Positions 8,854 through 18,115 of a stretch of 33,867 nt of DNA are shown in pieces. A program made the translations under genes and the position numbers. This DNA comes from a virus (taxonomy: Duplodnaviria > Heunggongvirae > Uroviricota > Caudoviricetes): IMG/VR virus record IMGVR_UViG_2778261506_000006. One strand, given 5' to 3'. The first letter of the stretch is position 1, and each line of letters starts with the position of its first letter. Under the pieces are notes generated by a model. The model worked only from the letters and a program-made list of their open reading frames with translations. It was not told the origin of the DNA and ran no database searches.

Positions 8854-9291
8854 ATGTGTAAAAATTGCAAAGGAAAAACAAAAAATAAAATCATTGTGCT
8901 ATCTGATAAAGGAACGTCAACGCAATTGTCAGTCACAAATGATAATGAGTTGGAAGTTGAGCATAAGTTAATAGATGGTTGCGCTATTGTTGTTGGAGAG
9001 CGGTGTGATCATTATTTGAAGATTTATAACAATCAGGATGTTTCACATCTTTTTGTTGAACTTAAAGGAAGTGATGTTGAAAAAGCTGTTAAACAGATAG
9101 TGACAACTTTAAAGTCAGGTGTGATTAATGTAGGTGCTAAAGAAAAAAAACATGGTGCTATTGTTAGCACTAGGAATCCGCTAAACTCAACAGAAACCAA
9201 TAGGTTAAAGAAGAAAATTCTTTTGAGTGACGGAGTGAATTTGCATTTCTATAAAATGAAGGCGCAGCAAAAAATAACTTCTTTTACATGA
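8854..9291 (+). CDS. Small 145-aa partner protein, possible nuclease-like effector (Cys pairs, D-H...NN...H and D...ELK motifs); function unknown
   Basis: ATG 8854 eight nt after ATPase stop with SD AGGTGA; internal repeated motif I(I/L)(V/L)LSD; no homolog recognised by eye. Confidence 0.7.
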   Translation: MCKNCKGKTKNKIIVLSDKGTSTQLSVTNDNELEVEHKLIDGCAIVVGERCDHYLKIYNNQDVSHLFVELKGSDVEKAVKQIVTTLKSGVINVGAKEKKHGAIVSTRNPLNSTETNRLKKKILLSDGVNLHFYKMKAQQKITSFT

Positions 9292-9304
9292 AGTGTTCTC
9301 TTGT

Positions 9305-9328
9305 ACAGGCATGCATTTGCATGCCTGT
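9305..9328 (+). terminator. Perfect inverted repeat acaggcatgca / tgcatgcctgt (11-bp arms, 2-nt centre) after the cassette; probable terminator with weak U-tract
   Basis: Read from sequence; followed by cgtgtaatctttt. Confidence 0.45.
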
Positions 9329-9394
9329 CGTGTAATCTTTTACACTATATTTGTGTTGGTTCTAATCTTGTTATGTGTTTGTTTCGGTGATGGG

Positions 9395-10414
9395 TCATAA
9401 TGAATAAGTTCGAAAGCGAAATACATCTTCGCCAACCCAACAGTTAATTTCTTTACATCGCTCTTGGAGGAACGTTAGCTCGTTGCGTACAAAGACTTGT
9501 GCTGCTTTTGTTACATCTCCAAATCCTCCTGTGTTGTTGGGCATCATTCCTATCATTTGGGGAGGCACGCGATGAGCACTCATTAGATCTTCAGCACTTG
9601 CTTTTTTGATATTAAAAAAATCGTCCTTCGTTGCCACTTCACTGAGCGGGATAATTTTAATGCCGTCGGCTTTCCCCTGCGGGGCATAGAGAAACAGATT
9701 TTTAAAGTTATTGCGGCCTTTCGACTTAACCATGTTTTCGCGAAGCATTTCGATATCGTTGCGATCCTGCACGGCATCAGTGACGTACATGATGTATCCG
9801 GCATGAGCGCCGTTTTCGTAATACTTGCGGCGGAACAGCGTGGCCGACTCATTCAGCCAGGCAGAGTTAAGGGCGCTGAGATATTCGGGCAGGCCGTACA
9901 GCTCCTGATTAATATCCGGCTCCAGCAGGTGAAACACGGAACCGGGCGCGAAGGCTGTCGGCTCGTTGAAGGACGGCACCCACCAGTAAACATCCTCTTC
10001 CACACCACGGCGGGTATATTTTGCCGGTGAGGTTTCCAGCCTGATAACTTTACCGGTGGTGCTGTAACGCTTTTCCAGAAACGCATTACCGAACACCAGA
10101 AAATCCAGCACAAAGCGGCTGAAATCCTGCTGGGAAAGCCACGGATGCGGGATAAATGTCGACGCCAGAATATTGCGTTTGACGTAAATCGGGGAGCTGT
10201 GATGCACGGCAGCACGCAGGCTTTTTGCCAGACCGGTAAAGCTGACCGGTGGCTCATACCATCTGCCGTTACTGATGCACTCGACGTAATCCAGAATGTC
10301 ACGGCGGTCGAGCACCGGCACCGGCTCACCAAAGGTGAATGCCTCCATTTTCGGGGCGCTGGCGGTCATTGTTTTTGCCGCAGGTTGCGGTGTTTTCCCT
10401 TTTTTCTTGCTCAT
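9395..10414 (-). CDS. Q: Portal protein Q
   Basis: 339 aa; first gene leftward of P; overlapping start/stop with P; matches P2 Q. Confidence 0.92.
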   Translation of the reverse strand: MSKKKGKTPQPAAKTMTASAPKMEAFTFGEPVPVLDRRDILDYVECISNGRWYEPPVSFTGLAKSLRAAVHHSSPIYVKRNILASTFIPHPWLSQQDFSRFVLDFLVFGNAFLEKRYSTTGKVIRLETSPAKYTRRGVEEDVYWWVPSFNEPTAFAPGSVFHLLEPDINQELYGLPEYLSALNSAWLNESATLFRRKYYENGAHAGYIMYVTDAVQDRNDIEMLRENMVKSKGRNNFKNLFLYAPQGKADGIKIIPLSEVATKDDFFNIKKASAEDLMSAHRVPPQMIGMMPNNTGGFGDVTKAAQVFVRNELTFLQERCKEINCWVGEDVFRFRTYSL

Positions 10415-12186
10415 CAGTAAAACTCCAGAATGGTGGATGTCAGCGGGGTGCTGATACCGGCGGTGAGTGGCTCATTTAACAGGGCATGCATGGTCGCCCA
10501 GGCGAGGTCGGCGTGGCTGGCTTCCTCGCTGCGGCTGGCCTCATAGGTGGCGCTGCGTCCGCTGCTGGTCATGGTCTTGCGGATAGCCATAAACGAGCTG
10601 GTGATGTCGGTGGCGCTGACGTCATATTCCAGACAGCCACGGCGGATAACGTCTTTTGCCTTGAGCACCATTGCGGTTTTCATTTCCGGCGTGTAGCGGA
10701 TATCGCGCGCGGCGGGATAGAACGAGCGAACGAGCTGGAACACGCCGACACCGAGGCCGGTGGCATCAATTCCGATGTATTCGACGTTGTATTTTTCGGT
10801 GAGTTTGCGGATGGATTCAGCCTGGGTGGCAAAGTCCATGCCTTTCCACTGGTGACGCTCAAGTATTCTGAATTTGCCACCGGCCACCACCGGCGGTGCC
10901 AGCACCACGCATCCGGCGCTGTCGCCACGGTGTGACGGGTCGTAACCAATCCAGACCGGGCGGGAGCCGAACGGATTGGCGGCAAAGGGTGCATAGTCTT
11001 CCCATTCTTCCAGCGTGTCGACCATGCAGCGTTGCAGCTCCTCGAACGGGAACACCGATGCCTTGTCGTCAACAAATTCACACATGAACAGGTTTTTAAA
11101 ATCGTCGGCGCTGTTTTCGCGTTTGAGCTGCTCAATGTCGAACAGCGTGCAGCCGCCTTTCAGGGCGTCCTCAATGGTGACAATCTGCCGCCACTGGCCG
11201 TCCGCACAGAGAAGCCCACCGGCAAGGGCGTTATGACTGACGTCGATTTCCACGCGTTCGGCGGCGCTGGCGCGTCCCCGGTTGAACAGTTCACCCGACC
11301 AGAACGGGTAGGCGTCGTGCGCCAGCGTGGACGGGGTGGAGAAATAGGTCGAGCGCAGGTGACTCTGTGAGGCCATACCTGATGCCACCTTACGCAGTAC
11401 CTGAAAATTCGGGATCCAGAAAATCTCGTCGACGTACAGGTCGCCGTTATGGCTCTGCGCGGTGTTGGAGTTGGTGCCGAGAAAAATCAGTTTTGCGCCG
11501 TTATTGCCCAGAACAATCGGGTCACCGGTCAGGTCAACGTCAACCAGACGGGCAAAGGCGATGATGTATTCACGGAATACATACGCCTGCGTTTTACTGG
11601 CCGACAGAAAAATCTGGTTATGACCGGTTTTCAGGGCACGCAGCAGCGCCTCGCGGGAAAAATAAAACGTCGCGCCAATCTGGCGGGATTTCAGGATATC
11701 GCGGATGCGGTGCTCAAGCCCGGCGCGATACCAGTGCAACTGATAGTCGAAAGACTGCTCAAAGAAAATCTGCTCCAGCTTTTCGATGGCCTCGTCACTG
11801 AAAAAATTCTTTTTCGGTTTGTGCCGCCCGCCTTTGTTGCGGTTAGCGACGTTCGGATTAAGGTCTGCCTCGTTGCCGGTCTGACTGTAACGGTTAACCC
11901 GTGCCAGTCGTTCAATCTGGCGTCCCAGCAGGTCAATTTCCTTGAAGTCACCGCCGGTTTTCTGCGGTTTGATGATGAGCCGGGTCAGCCGCGCTTCCAG
12001 ACTCATTTCGACACGGCTGATGGGGGCAACGCTGTCCCAGCCGTCGCGCTGTTTCCAGCTCTGCACCGTCGGGCGTTTCATCTGCAACATGGCGGCAATC
12101 TGCGGCACGGAAAACCCCTGCCAGTACAGCAGCGCCGCCTGACGACGCGGGTCGTGTAAAAGAGTGGTGTCTGTGGTGATGGTCAT
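10414..12186 (-). CDS. P: Terminase large (ATPase) subunit P; start at ATG 12186 (track start 12216 is TTG)
   Basis: 590 aa from MTITTDTT; size and position match P2 gpP. Confidence 0.92.
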   Translation of the reverse strand: MTITTDTTLLHDPRRQAALLYWQGFSVPQIAAMLQMKRPTVQSWKQRDGWDSVAPISRVEMSLEARLTRLIIKPQKTGGDFKEIDLLGRQIERLARVNRYSQTGNEADLNPNVANRNKGGRHKPKKNFFSDEAIEKLEQIFFEQSFDYQLHWYRAGLEHRIRDILKSRQIGATFYFSREALLRALKTGHNQIFLSASKTQAYVFREYIIAFARLVDVDLTGDPIVLGNNGAKLIFLGTNSNTAQSHNGDLYVDEIFWIPNFQVLRKVASGMASQSHLRSTYFSTPSTLAHDAYPFWSGELFNRGRASAAERVEIDVSHNALAGGLLCADGQWRQIVTIEDALKGGCTLFDIEQLKRENSADDFKNLFMCEFVDDKASVFPFEELQRCMVDTLEEWEDYAPFAANPFGSRPVWIGYDPSHRGDSAGCVVLAPPVVAGGKFRILERHQWKGMDFATQAESIRKLTEKYNVEYIGIDATGLGVGVFQLVRSFYPAARDIRYTPEMKTAMVLKAKDVIRRGCLEYDVSATDITSSFMAIRKTMTSSGRSATYEASRSEEASHADLAWATMHALLNEPLTAGISTPLTSTILEFY

Positions 12187-12359
12187 GAATACCTCGCCGT
12201 GATGAATACACGGCAAGGCTACTGAGTCGCGCCCCGCGATTCGCTAAGGTACTGTTGTGTCAGTGATAAGCCATCCGGGACTGATGGCGGAGGATGCGCA
12301 TCGTCGGGAAACTGATGCCGACATGTGACTCCTCTAATCACTATTCAGGACTCCTGACA
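12187..12359. promoter_or_regulatory. Divergent late promoter region between P and O (Ogr-dependent promoters expected)
   Basis: Intergenic region between divergent late operons; exact Ogr site not resolved by eye. Confidence 0.4.
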
Positions 12360-13214
12360 ATGGCAAAAAAAGTCTCAAAATTCTTTCGTATCGGCGTTGA
12401 GGGTGACACCTGTGACGGGCGTGTCATCAGTGCGCAGGATATTCAGGAAATGGCCGAAACCTTTGACCCGCGTGTCTATGGTTGCCGCATTAACCTGGAA
12501 CATCTGCGCGGCATCCTGCCTGACGGTATTTTTAAGCGTTATGGCGATGTGGCCGAACTGAAGGCCGAAAAGATTGACGATGATTCGGCGCTGAAAGGCA
12601 AATGGGCGCTGTTTGCGAAAATCACCCCGACCGATGACCTTATCGCGATGAACAAGGCCGCGCAGAAGGTCTACACCTCAATGGAAATTCAGCCGAACTT
12701 TGCCAACACCGGCAAATGTTATCTGGTGGGTCTGGCCGTCACCGATGACCCGGCAAGCCTCGGCACGGAATACCTGGAATTCTGCCGCACGGCAAAACAC
12801 AACCCCCTGAACCGCTTCAAATTAAGCCCTGAAAACCTGATTTCAGTGGCAACGCCTGTTGAGCTGGAATTTGAAGACCTGCCTGAAACCGTGTTCACCG
12901 CCCTGACCGAAAAGGTGAAATCCATTTTTGGCCGCAAACAGGCCAGCGATGACGCCCGTCTGAATGACGTGCATGAAGCGGTGACCGCTGTTGCTGAACA
13001 TGTGCAGGAAAAACTGAGCGCCACTGAGCAGCGCCTCGCTGAGATGGAAAACGCCTTTTCCGCACTTAAGCAGGAGGTGACTGACAGGGCGGATGAAACC
13101 AACCAGGCATTCACCCGCCTGAAAAACAGTCTCGACAACACCGAAAGTCTGACCCAGCAGCGCCGCAGCAAGGCCACCGGTGGTGGCGGTGACGCCCTGA
13201 TGACGAACTGCTGA
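12360..13214 (+). CDS. O: Capsid scaffolding protein O (284 aa)
   Basis: ATG 12360 (MAKKVSKF); length equals P2 gpO. Confidence 0.9.
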   Translation: MAKKVSKFFRIGVEGDTCDGRVISAQDIQEMAETFDPRVYGCRINLEHLRGILPDGIFKRYGDVAELKAEKIDDDSALKGKWALFAKITPTDDLIAMNKAAQKVYTSMEIQPNFANTGKCYLVGLAVTDDPASLGTEYLEFCRTAKHNPLNRFKLSPENLISVATPVELEFEDLPETVFTALTEKVKSIFGRKQASDDARLNDVHEAVTAVAEHVQEKLSATEQRLAEMENAFSALKQEVTDRADETNQAFTRLKNSLDNTESLTQQRRSKATGGGGDALMTNC

Positions 13215-13272
13215 CCGGCGTCAGTCAGTCCGGGAAAACCTTCACGATTACCCCTTAATTTCAGGAACAAAT

Positions 13273-14346
13273 ATGCGCCAGGAAACCCGTTTTAAATTTA
13301 ATGCTTACCTGTCCCGTGTTGCCGAACTGAACGGCATCGACGCCGGTGATGTGTCGAAAAAATTCACCGTTGAACCGTCGGTCACCCAGACCCTGATGAA
13401 CACCATGCAGGAGTCATCTGACTTTCTGACCCGCATCAACATTGTGCCGGTCAGCGAAATGAAAGGGGAAAAAATTGGTATCGGTGTCACCGGCCCCATT
13501 GCCAGCACCACCGACACCGCCGGTGGCACCGAGCGTCAGCCGAAGGACTTCTCGAAGCTGGCGTCCAACAAGTACGAATGCGACCAGGTTAACTTCGATT
13601 TTTATATCCGCTACAAAACGCTGGACCTGTGGGCGCGTTATCAGGATTTCCAGCTCCGTATCCGTAACGCCATTATCAAACGCCAGTCCCTTGATTTCAT
13701 CATGGCCGGTTTTAACGGCGTGAAGCGTGCCGAAACCTCTGACCGCAGCAGTAACCCGATGCTGCAGGATGTGGCGGTCGGCTGGCTGCAGAAATACCGC
13801 AATGAAGCCCCGGCGCGCGTGATGAGCAAGGTCACTGACGAGGAAGGCCGCACCACCTCTGAGGTCATCCGCGTGGGTAAGGGCGGTGATTATGTAAGCC
13901 TCGATGCACTGGTGATGGATGCGACCAACAACCTGATTGAGCCGTGGTATCAGGAAGACCCTGACCTTGTGGTGATTGTGGGGCGTCAGCTACTGGCGGA
14001 CAAGTATTTCCCCATCGTCAACAAGGAGCAGGACAACAGCGAAATGCTGGCCGCTGACGTCATCATCAGCCAGAAACGCATCGGCAACCTGCCAGCGGTA
14101 CGCGTCCCGTACTTCCCGGCGGATGCGATGCTCATCACGAAGCTGGAAAACCTGTCCATCTACTACATGGATGACAGCCATCGCCGCGTGATTGAGGAAA
14201 ACCCGAAACTCGACCGCGTGGAGAACTACGAGTCAATGAACATTGATTACGTGGTGGAGGACTACGCCGCCGGTTGTCTGGTGGAAAAAATTAAGGTCGG
14301 TGATTTCTCCACACCGGCTAAGGCGACCGCAGAGCCGGGAGCGTAA
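13273..14346 (+). CDS. N: Major capsid protein N (357 aa)
   Basis: Length and position identical to P2 gpN. Confidence 0.93.
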   Translation: MRQETRFKFNAYLSRVAELNGIDAGDVSKKFTVEPSVTQTLMNTMQESSDFLTRINIVPVSEMKGEKIGIGVTGPIASTTDTAGGTERQPKDFSKLASNKYECDQVNFDFYIRYKTLDLWARYQDFQLRIRNAIIKRQSLDFIMAGFNGVKRAETSDRSSNPMLQDVAVGWLQKYRNEAPARVMSKVTDEEGRTTSEVIRVGKGGDYVSLDALVMDATNNLIEPWYQEDPDLVVIVGRQLLADKYFPIVNKEQDNSEMLAADVIISQKRIGNLPAVRVPYFPADAMLITKLENLSIYYMDDSHRRVIEENPKLDRVENYESMNIDYVVEDYAAGCLVEKIKVGDFSTPAKATAEPGA

Positions 14347-14349
14347 CCG

Positions 14350-15093
14350 ATGACGAGTCCCGCACAGCGCCACATGATGCGGGTCTCGGCAGCGATGACC
14401 GCGCAGCGGGAAGCCGCCCCGCTGCGACATGCAACTGTCTATGAGCAGATGCTGGTCAAGCTGGCCGCAGACCAGCGCACACTGAAAGCGATTTATTCAA
14501 AAGAGCTGAAGGCCGCGAAAAAACGCGAACTGCTGCCGTTCTGGTTGCCGTGGGTGAACGGCGTGCTGGAGCAGGGCAAAGGTGCACAGGATGACATTCT
14601 GATGACGGTCATGCTGTGGCGTCTGGATACCGGCGATATTGCCGGTGCGCTGGAGATTGCCCGTTATACCCTGAAGTACGGTCTGACCATGCCGGGTAAA
14701 CACCGCCGCACCCCGCCGTACATGTTCACCGAGGAGGTGGCGCTCGCGGCCATGCGCGCTCACGCTGCCGGTGAGTCTGTGGATACCCGCCTGCTGACGG
14801 AGACCCTTGAACTGACCGCCACGGCTGACATGCCTGATGAAGTGCGCGCAAAGCTGCACAAAATCACCGGTCTGTTTCTGCGTGACGCTGGTGATGCCGC
14901 AGGTGCGCTGGCGCACCTGCAACGTGCGACACAGCTCGACTGTCAGGCAGGCGTCAAAAAAGAGATTGAACGACTGGAGCGGGAACTGAAACCGAAGCCG
15001 GAGCCACAGCCAAAAGCGGCCACCCGCGCCCCGCGTAAGACCCGGAGTGCGACACCGGCAAAACGTGGACGCCCGAAAAAGAAAGCCAGTTAA
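14350..15093 (+). CDS. M: Terminase small (endonuclease) subunit M (247 aa)
   Basis: Length and position match P2 gpM; basic C-terminal tail. Confidence 0.9.
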   Translation: MTSPAQRHMMRVSAAMTAQREAAPLRHATVYEQMLVKLAADQRTLKAIYSKELKAAKKRELLPFWLPWVNGVLEQGKGAQDDILMTVMLWRLDTGDIAGALEIARYTLKYGLTMPGKHRRTPPYMFTEEVALAAMRAHAAGESVDTRLLTETLELTATADMPDEVRAKLHKITGLFLRDAGDAAGALAHLQRATQLDCQAGVKKEIERLERELKPKPEPQPKAATRAPRKTRSATPAKRGRPKKKAS

Positions 15094-15192
15094 CAACCGA
15101 ATGCGCCCCGCGCCAGGGCGGCACGCCGGTCAGTGAGGGTGAATCACCTGACACTGCACCAGCGTCCACCGCCCGACTTTTCAGAGGTAGTC

Positions 15193-15702
15193 ATGATGAC
15201 GCTGATTATTCCGCGAAAGGAGGCTCCCGTGTCCGGTGAGGGTACGGTGGTCATCCCGCAACCGGCAGGCGACGAGCCGGTGATTAAAAACACGTTCTTT
15301 TTTCCTGATATCGACCCGAAGCGCGTCCGGGAACGTATGCGCCTTGAGCAGACCGTCGCCCCCGCCCGTCTGCGTGAGGCCATCAAGTCAGGCATGGCGG
15401 AAACAAATGCGGAGCTGTACGAGTACCGCGAACAGAAAATTGCCGCCGGTTTTACGCGTCTGGCGGACGTTCCGGCAGACGATATCGACGGTGAAAGCAT
15501 CAAAGTTTTTTACTACGAGCGCGCCGTGTGTGCGATGGCGACCGCGTCGCTTTATGAGCGTTATCGCGGCGTGGATGCCAGTGCGAAAGGCGACAAGAAG
15601 GCCGACAGCATTGACAGCACCATTGATGAGCTGTGGCGGGATATGCGCTGGGCAGTGGCGCGCATCCAGGACAAGCCGCGCTGCATCGTGAGTCAAATCT
15701 GA
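15193..15702 (+). CDS. L: Head completion protein L (169 aa)
   Basis: ATG 15193; stop overlaps X start (TGATG). Confidence 0.88.
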   Translation: MMTLIIPRKEAPVSGEGTVVIPQPAGDEPVIKNTFFFPDIDPKRVRERMRLEQTVAPARLREAIKSGMAETNAELYEYREQKIAAGFTRLADVPADDIDGESIKVFYYERAVCAMATASLYERYRGVDASAKGDKKADSIDSTIDELWRDMRWAVARIQDKPRCIVSQI

Positions 15703-15905
15703 TGAAGACCTTTGCGCTACAGGGCGACACGCTCGACGCCATTTGTGTCCGGTATTACGGGCGCACTGAGGGCGTGGTCGGGGCCGTGCTCGCCGCAAAT
15801 CCGGGACTGGCTGAACTGGGTGTGGTGCTGCCACACGGCACCGCCGTCGAACTGCCCGACGTTCAGACCGCGCCCGTGGCTGAAACTGTCAATCTGTGGG
15901 AGTAA
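15702..15905 (+). CDS. X: Tail protein X (67 aa)
   Basis: ATG 15702; 67 aa as in P2 gpX. Confidence 0.85.
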   Translation: MKTFALQGDTLDAICVRYYGRTEGVVGAVLAANPGLAELGVVLPHGTAVELPDVQTAPVAETVNLWE

Positions 15906-15908
15906 CGC

Positions 15909-16190
15909 ATGACAGCAGAAGAAAAAAGCGTCCTGTCGCTTTTCATGATTGGGGTGCTGATTGTTGTCGGCAAGGTGCTTGCCGGTGGTGAACCCATTAC
16001 CCCGCGTCTGTTTATCGGGCGCATGTTGCTCGGTGGTTTTGTCTCGATGGTTGCCGGTGTTGTTCTGGTGCAGTTCCCTGACCTGTCACTGCCTGCGGTG
16101 TGCGGCATCGGCTCCATGCTGGGTATCGCCGGTTATCAGGTGATTGAGATTGCCATTCAGCGCCGTTTTAAGGGCAGGAGGAAACAGTAA
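15909..16190 (+). CDS. Y: Holin Y (93 aa, transmembrane helices)
   Basis: Hydrophobic segments; charged C-terminus; immediately precedes endolysin. Confidence 0.88.
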   Translation: MTAEEKSVLSLFMIGVLIVVGKVLAGGEPITPRLFIGRMLLGGFVSMVAGVVLVQFPDLSLPAVCGIGSMLGIAGYQVIEIAIQRRFKGRRKQ

Positions 16191-16687
16191 TGCCGGTAAT
16201 TAACACGCATCAGAATATCGCCGCCTTTCTCGACATGCTGGCCGTGTCCGAAGGGACGGCGAATCATCCGCTGACGAAAAACCGGGGCTATGACGTGATA
16301 GTCACCGGACTGGACGGGAAGCCGGAAATCTTCACCGACTACAGTGACCACCCGTTCGCACATGGCCGACCGGCGAAGGTGTTTAACCGTCGCGGTGAAA
16401 AATCCACGGCCTCCGGTCGTTATCAGCAGCTTTACCTGTTCTGGCCGCATTACCGCAAACAGCTTGCCCTGCCGGATTTCAGTCCGTTGTCACAGGACAG
16501 ACTTGCCATTCAGTTGATCCGCGAACGCGGTGCACTGGATGACATCCGGGCGGGACGCATTGAGCGCGCCATTTCACGCTGTCGCAATATCTGGGCGTCC
16601 CTGCCGGGTGCCGGTTACGGTCAGCGTGAGCATTCACTGGAAAAACTGGTCACCGTCTGGCGTACCGCTGGCGGCGTACCGGCTTAA
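16190..16687 (+). CDS. K: Endolysin K (165 aa, lambda R-like)
   Basis: Start overlaps holin stop (TAATG); size matches P2 gpK. Confidence 0.9.
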   Translation: MPVINTHQNIAAFLDMLAVSEGTANHPLTKNRGYDVIVTGLDGKPEIFTDYSDHPFAHGRPAKVFNRRGEKSTASGRYQQLYLFWPHYRKQLALPDFSPLSQDRLAIQLIRERGALDDIRAGRIERAISRCRNIWASLPGAGYGQREHSLEKLVTVWRTAGGVPA

Positions 16688-16701
16688 ACGGAGTAAACAC
16701 C

Positions 16702-17127
16702 ATGAAGAAATTATCCCTTTCACTGATGCTGAACGTGTCGCTGGCGCTGATGCTGGCACTGTCCCTGATTTACCCGCAGAGCGTGGCCGTCAGTTTTGTC
16801 GCCACCTGGGCGATTCTGGCGACGGTTATCTGTGTGGTTGCCGGTGGTGTCGGCGTGTATGCCACTGAGTATGTACTGGAACGCTACGGACGGGAGCTGC
16901 CGCCGGAATCGCTGGCCGTGAAGATTGTCACGTCGCTGTTTTTGCAGCCGGTGCCGTGGCGCAGACGGGCAGTAGCTCTGGTGGTGATGGTGGCGACATT
17001 TATCTCGCTGGTCGCTGCCGGGTGGATTTTTACCGCGCTGATTTATCTCGTGGCATCGGTGTTCTTCCGGCTGATACGTACGGCCTGCCGTCAGCGTTTT
17101 GAGGGGCGGGAACCATGTCAAGGCTGA
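16702..17127 (+). CDS. lysA: Lysis-timing membrane protein LysA (141 aa, multi-TM)
   Basis: Strongly hydrophobic 141-aa product following endolysin. Confidence 0.85.
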   Translation: MKKLSLSLMLNVSLALMLALSLIYPQSVAVSFVATWAILATVICVVAGGVGVYATEYVLERYGRELPPESLAVKIVTSLFLQPVPWRRRAVALVVMVATFISLVAAGWIFTALIYLVASVFFRLIRTACRQRFEGREPCQG

Positions 17128-17540
17128 TGATTGTGCTGGTCGTGTTGTTATCGCTGGCGGTGACGGGTCTGTTTCTGGCGAAGCATAAAAACGCCAGCCT
17201 GCGCACCTCACTGGACAGGGCAAACAACGTAGCCAGCGAGCAGCAGGCGACCATCACCATGCTGAAAAATCAGTTTCATGTTGCGCTCACAAGGGCAGAC
17301 AAAAACGAGCTGGCGCAGGTGGCACTGCGTCAGGAACTGGAAAACGCCGCGAAGCGTGAAGCTGAGCGCGAGAAAACCATCACGAGGTTACTGAATGAAA
17401 ACGAAGATTTTCGCCGCTGGTACGGTGCTGACCTGCCTGATGCTGTGCGCCGGTTGCACCAGCGCCCGGCCTGCACCGACGCCAGTGATTGTTGCCAACG
17501 CCTGCCCGAAAGTGAGCCTTTGCCCGATGCCGGGCAGTGA
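17115..17540 (+). CDS. lysB: Rz-like i-spanin LysB (141 aa)
   Basis: N-terminal TM, coiled-coil-like charged body; contains embedded lysC. Confidence 0.85.
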   Translation: MSRLMIVLVVLLSLAVTGLFLAKHKNASLRTSLDRANNVASEQQATITMLKNQFHVALTRADKNELAQVALRQELENAAKREAEREKTITRLLNENEDFRRWYGADLPDAVRRLHQRPACTDASDCCQRLPESEPLPDAGQ

Positions 17541-17685
17541 CCCGCAGACGAACGGCGATTTAAGTGCTGATATCCGGCAGCTTGAGAACGCGCTGGCACG
17601 CTGTGCCAGCCAGGTAAAAATGATTAAACACTGTCAGGACGAAAACGATGCTCAAACCCGACAGCCTGCGCAGGGCGCTGACTGA
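17395..17685 (+). CDS. lysC: Rz1-like o-spanin lipoprotein LysC (96 aa), embedded in lysB in another frame
   Basis: Signal peptide with lipobox LCAGC; Pro-rich; SD gagg before ATG 17395. Confidence 0.8.
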   Translation: MKTKIFAAGTVLTCLMLCAGCTSARPAPTPVIVANACPKVSLCPMPGSDPQTNGDLSADIRQLENALARCASQVKMIKHCQDENDAQTRQPAQGAD

Positions 17686-18115
17686 TGCCGTCACGGTGCT
17701 GAAAACTAACCCCGATATGCTGCGGATATTCGTGGATAACGGGAGTATTGCCTCCACGCTGGCGGCGTCGTTGTCATTCGAAAAGCGTTACACGCTCAAT
17801 GTTATTGTGACCGACTTTACCGGTGATTTTGACCTGCTCATCGTGCCGGTGCTGGCGTGGCTGCGGGAAAATCAGCCCGACATCATGACCACCGACGAAG
17901 GCCAGAAAAAGGGCTTCACGTTTTATGCGGACATCAACAATGACAGCAGCTTTGATATCAGCATCAGCCTGATGCTGACCGAGCGCACGCTGGTCAGTGA
18001 GGTTGACGGCGCGCTGCATGTGAAGAATATCCCGGAACCACCGCCGCCGGAGCCGGTCACCCGCCCGATGGAGCTTTATATCAATGGTGAACTGGTGAGT
18101 AAGTGGGATGAATGA
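17648..18115 (+). CDS. R: Tail completion protein R (155 aa)
   Basis: Size and position as P2 gpR. Confidence 0.88.
   Translation: MLKPDSLRRALTDAVTVLKTNPDMLRIFVDNGSIASTLAASLSFEKRYTLNVIVTDFTGDFDLLIVPVLAWLRENQPDIMTTDEGQKKGFTFYADINNDSSFDISISLMLTERTLVSEVDGALHVKNIPEPPPPEPVTRPMELYINGELVSKWDE

Noticed and set aside
10486-12159. Plus-strand ORFs (149 aa, 236 aa and others) antisense to terminase gene P
   Set aside because: Shadow ORFs in a GC-rich gene; the minus-strand frame is the P2 gpP homolog.
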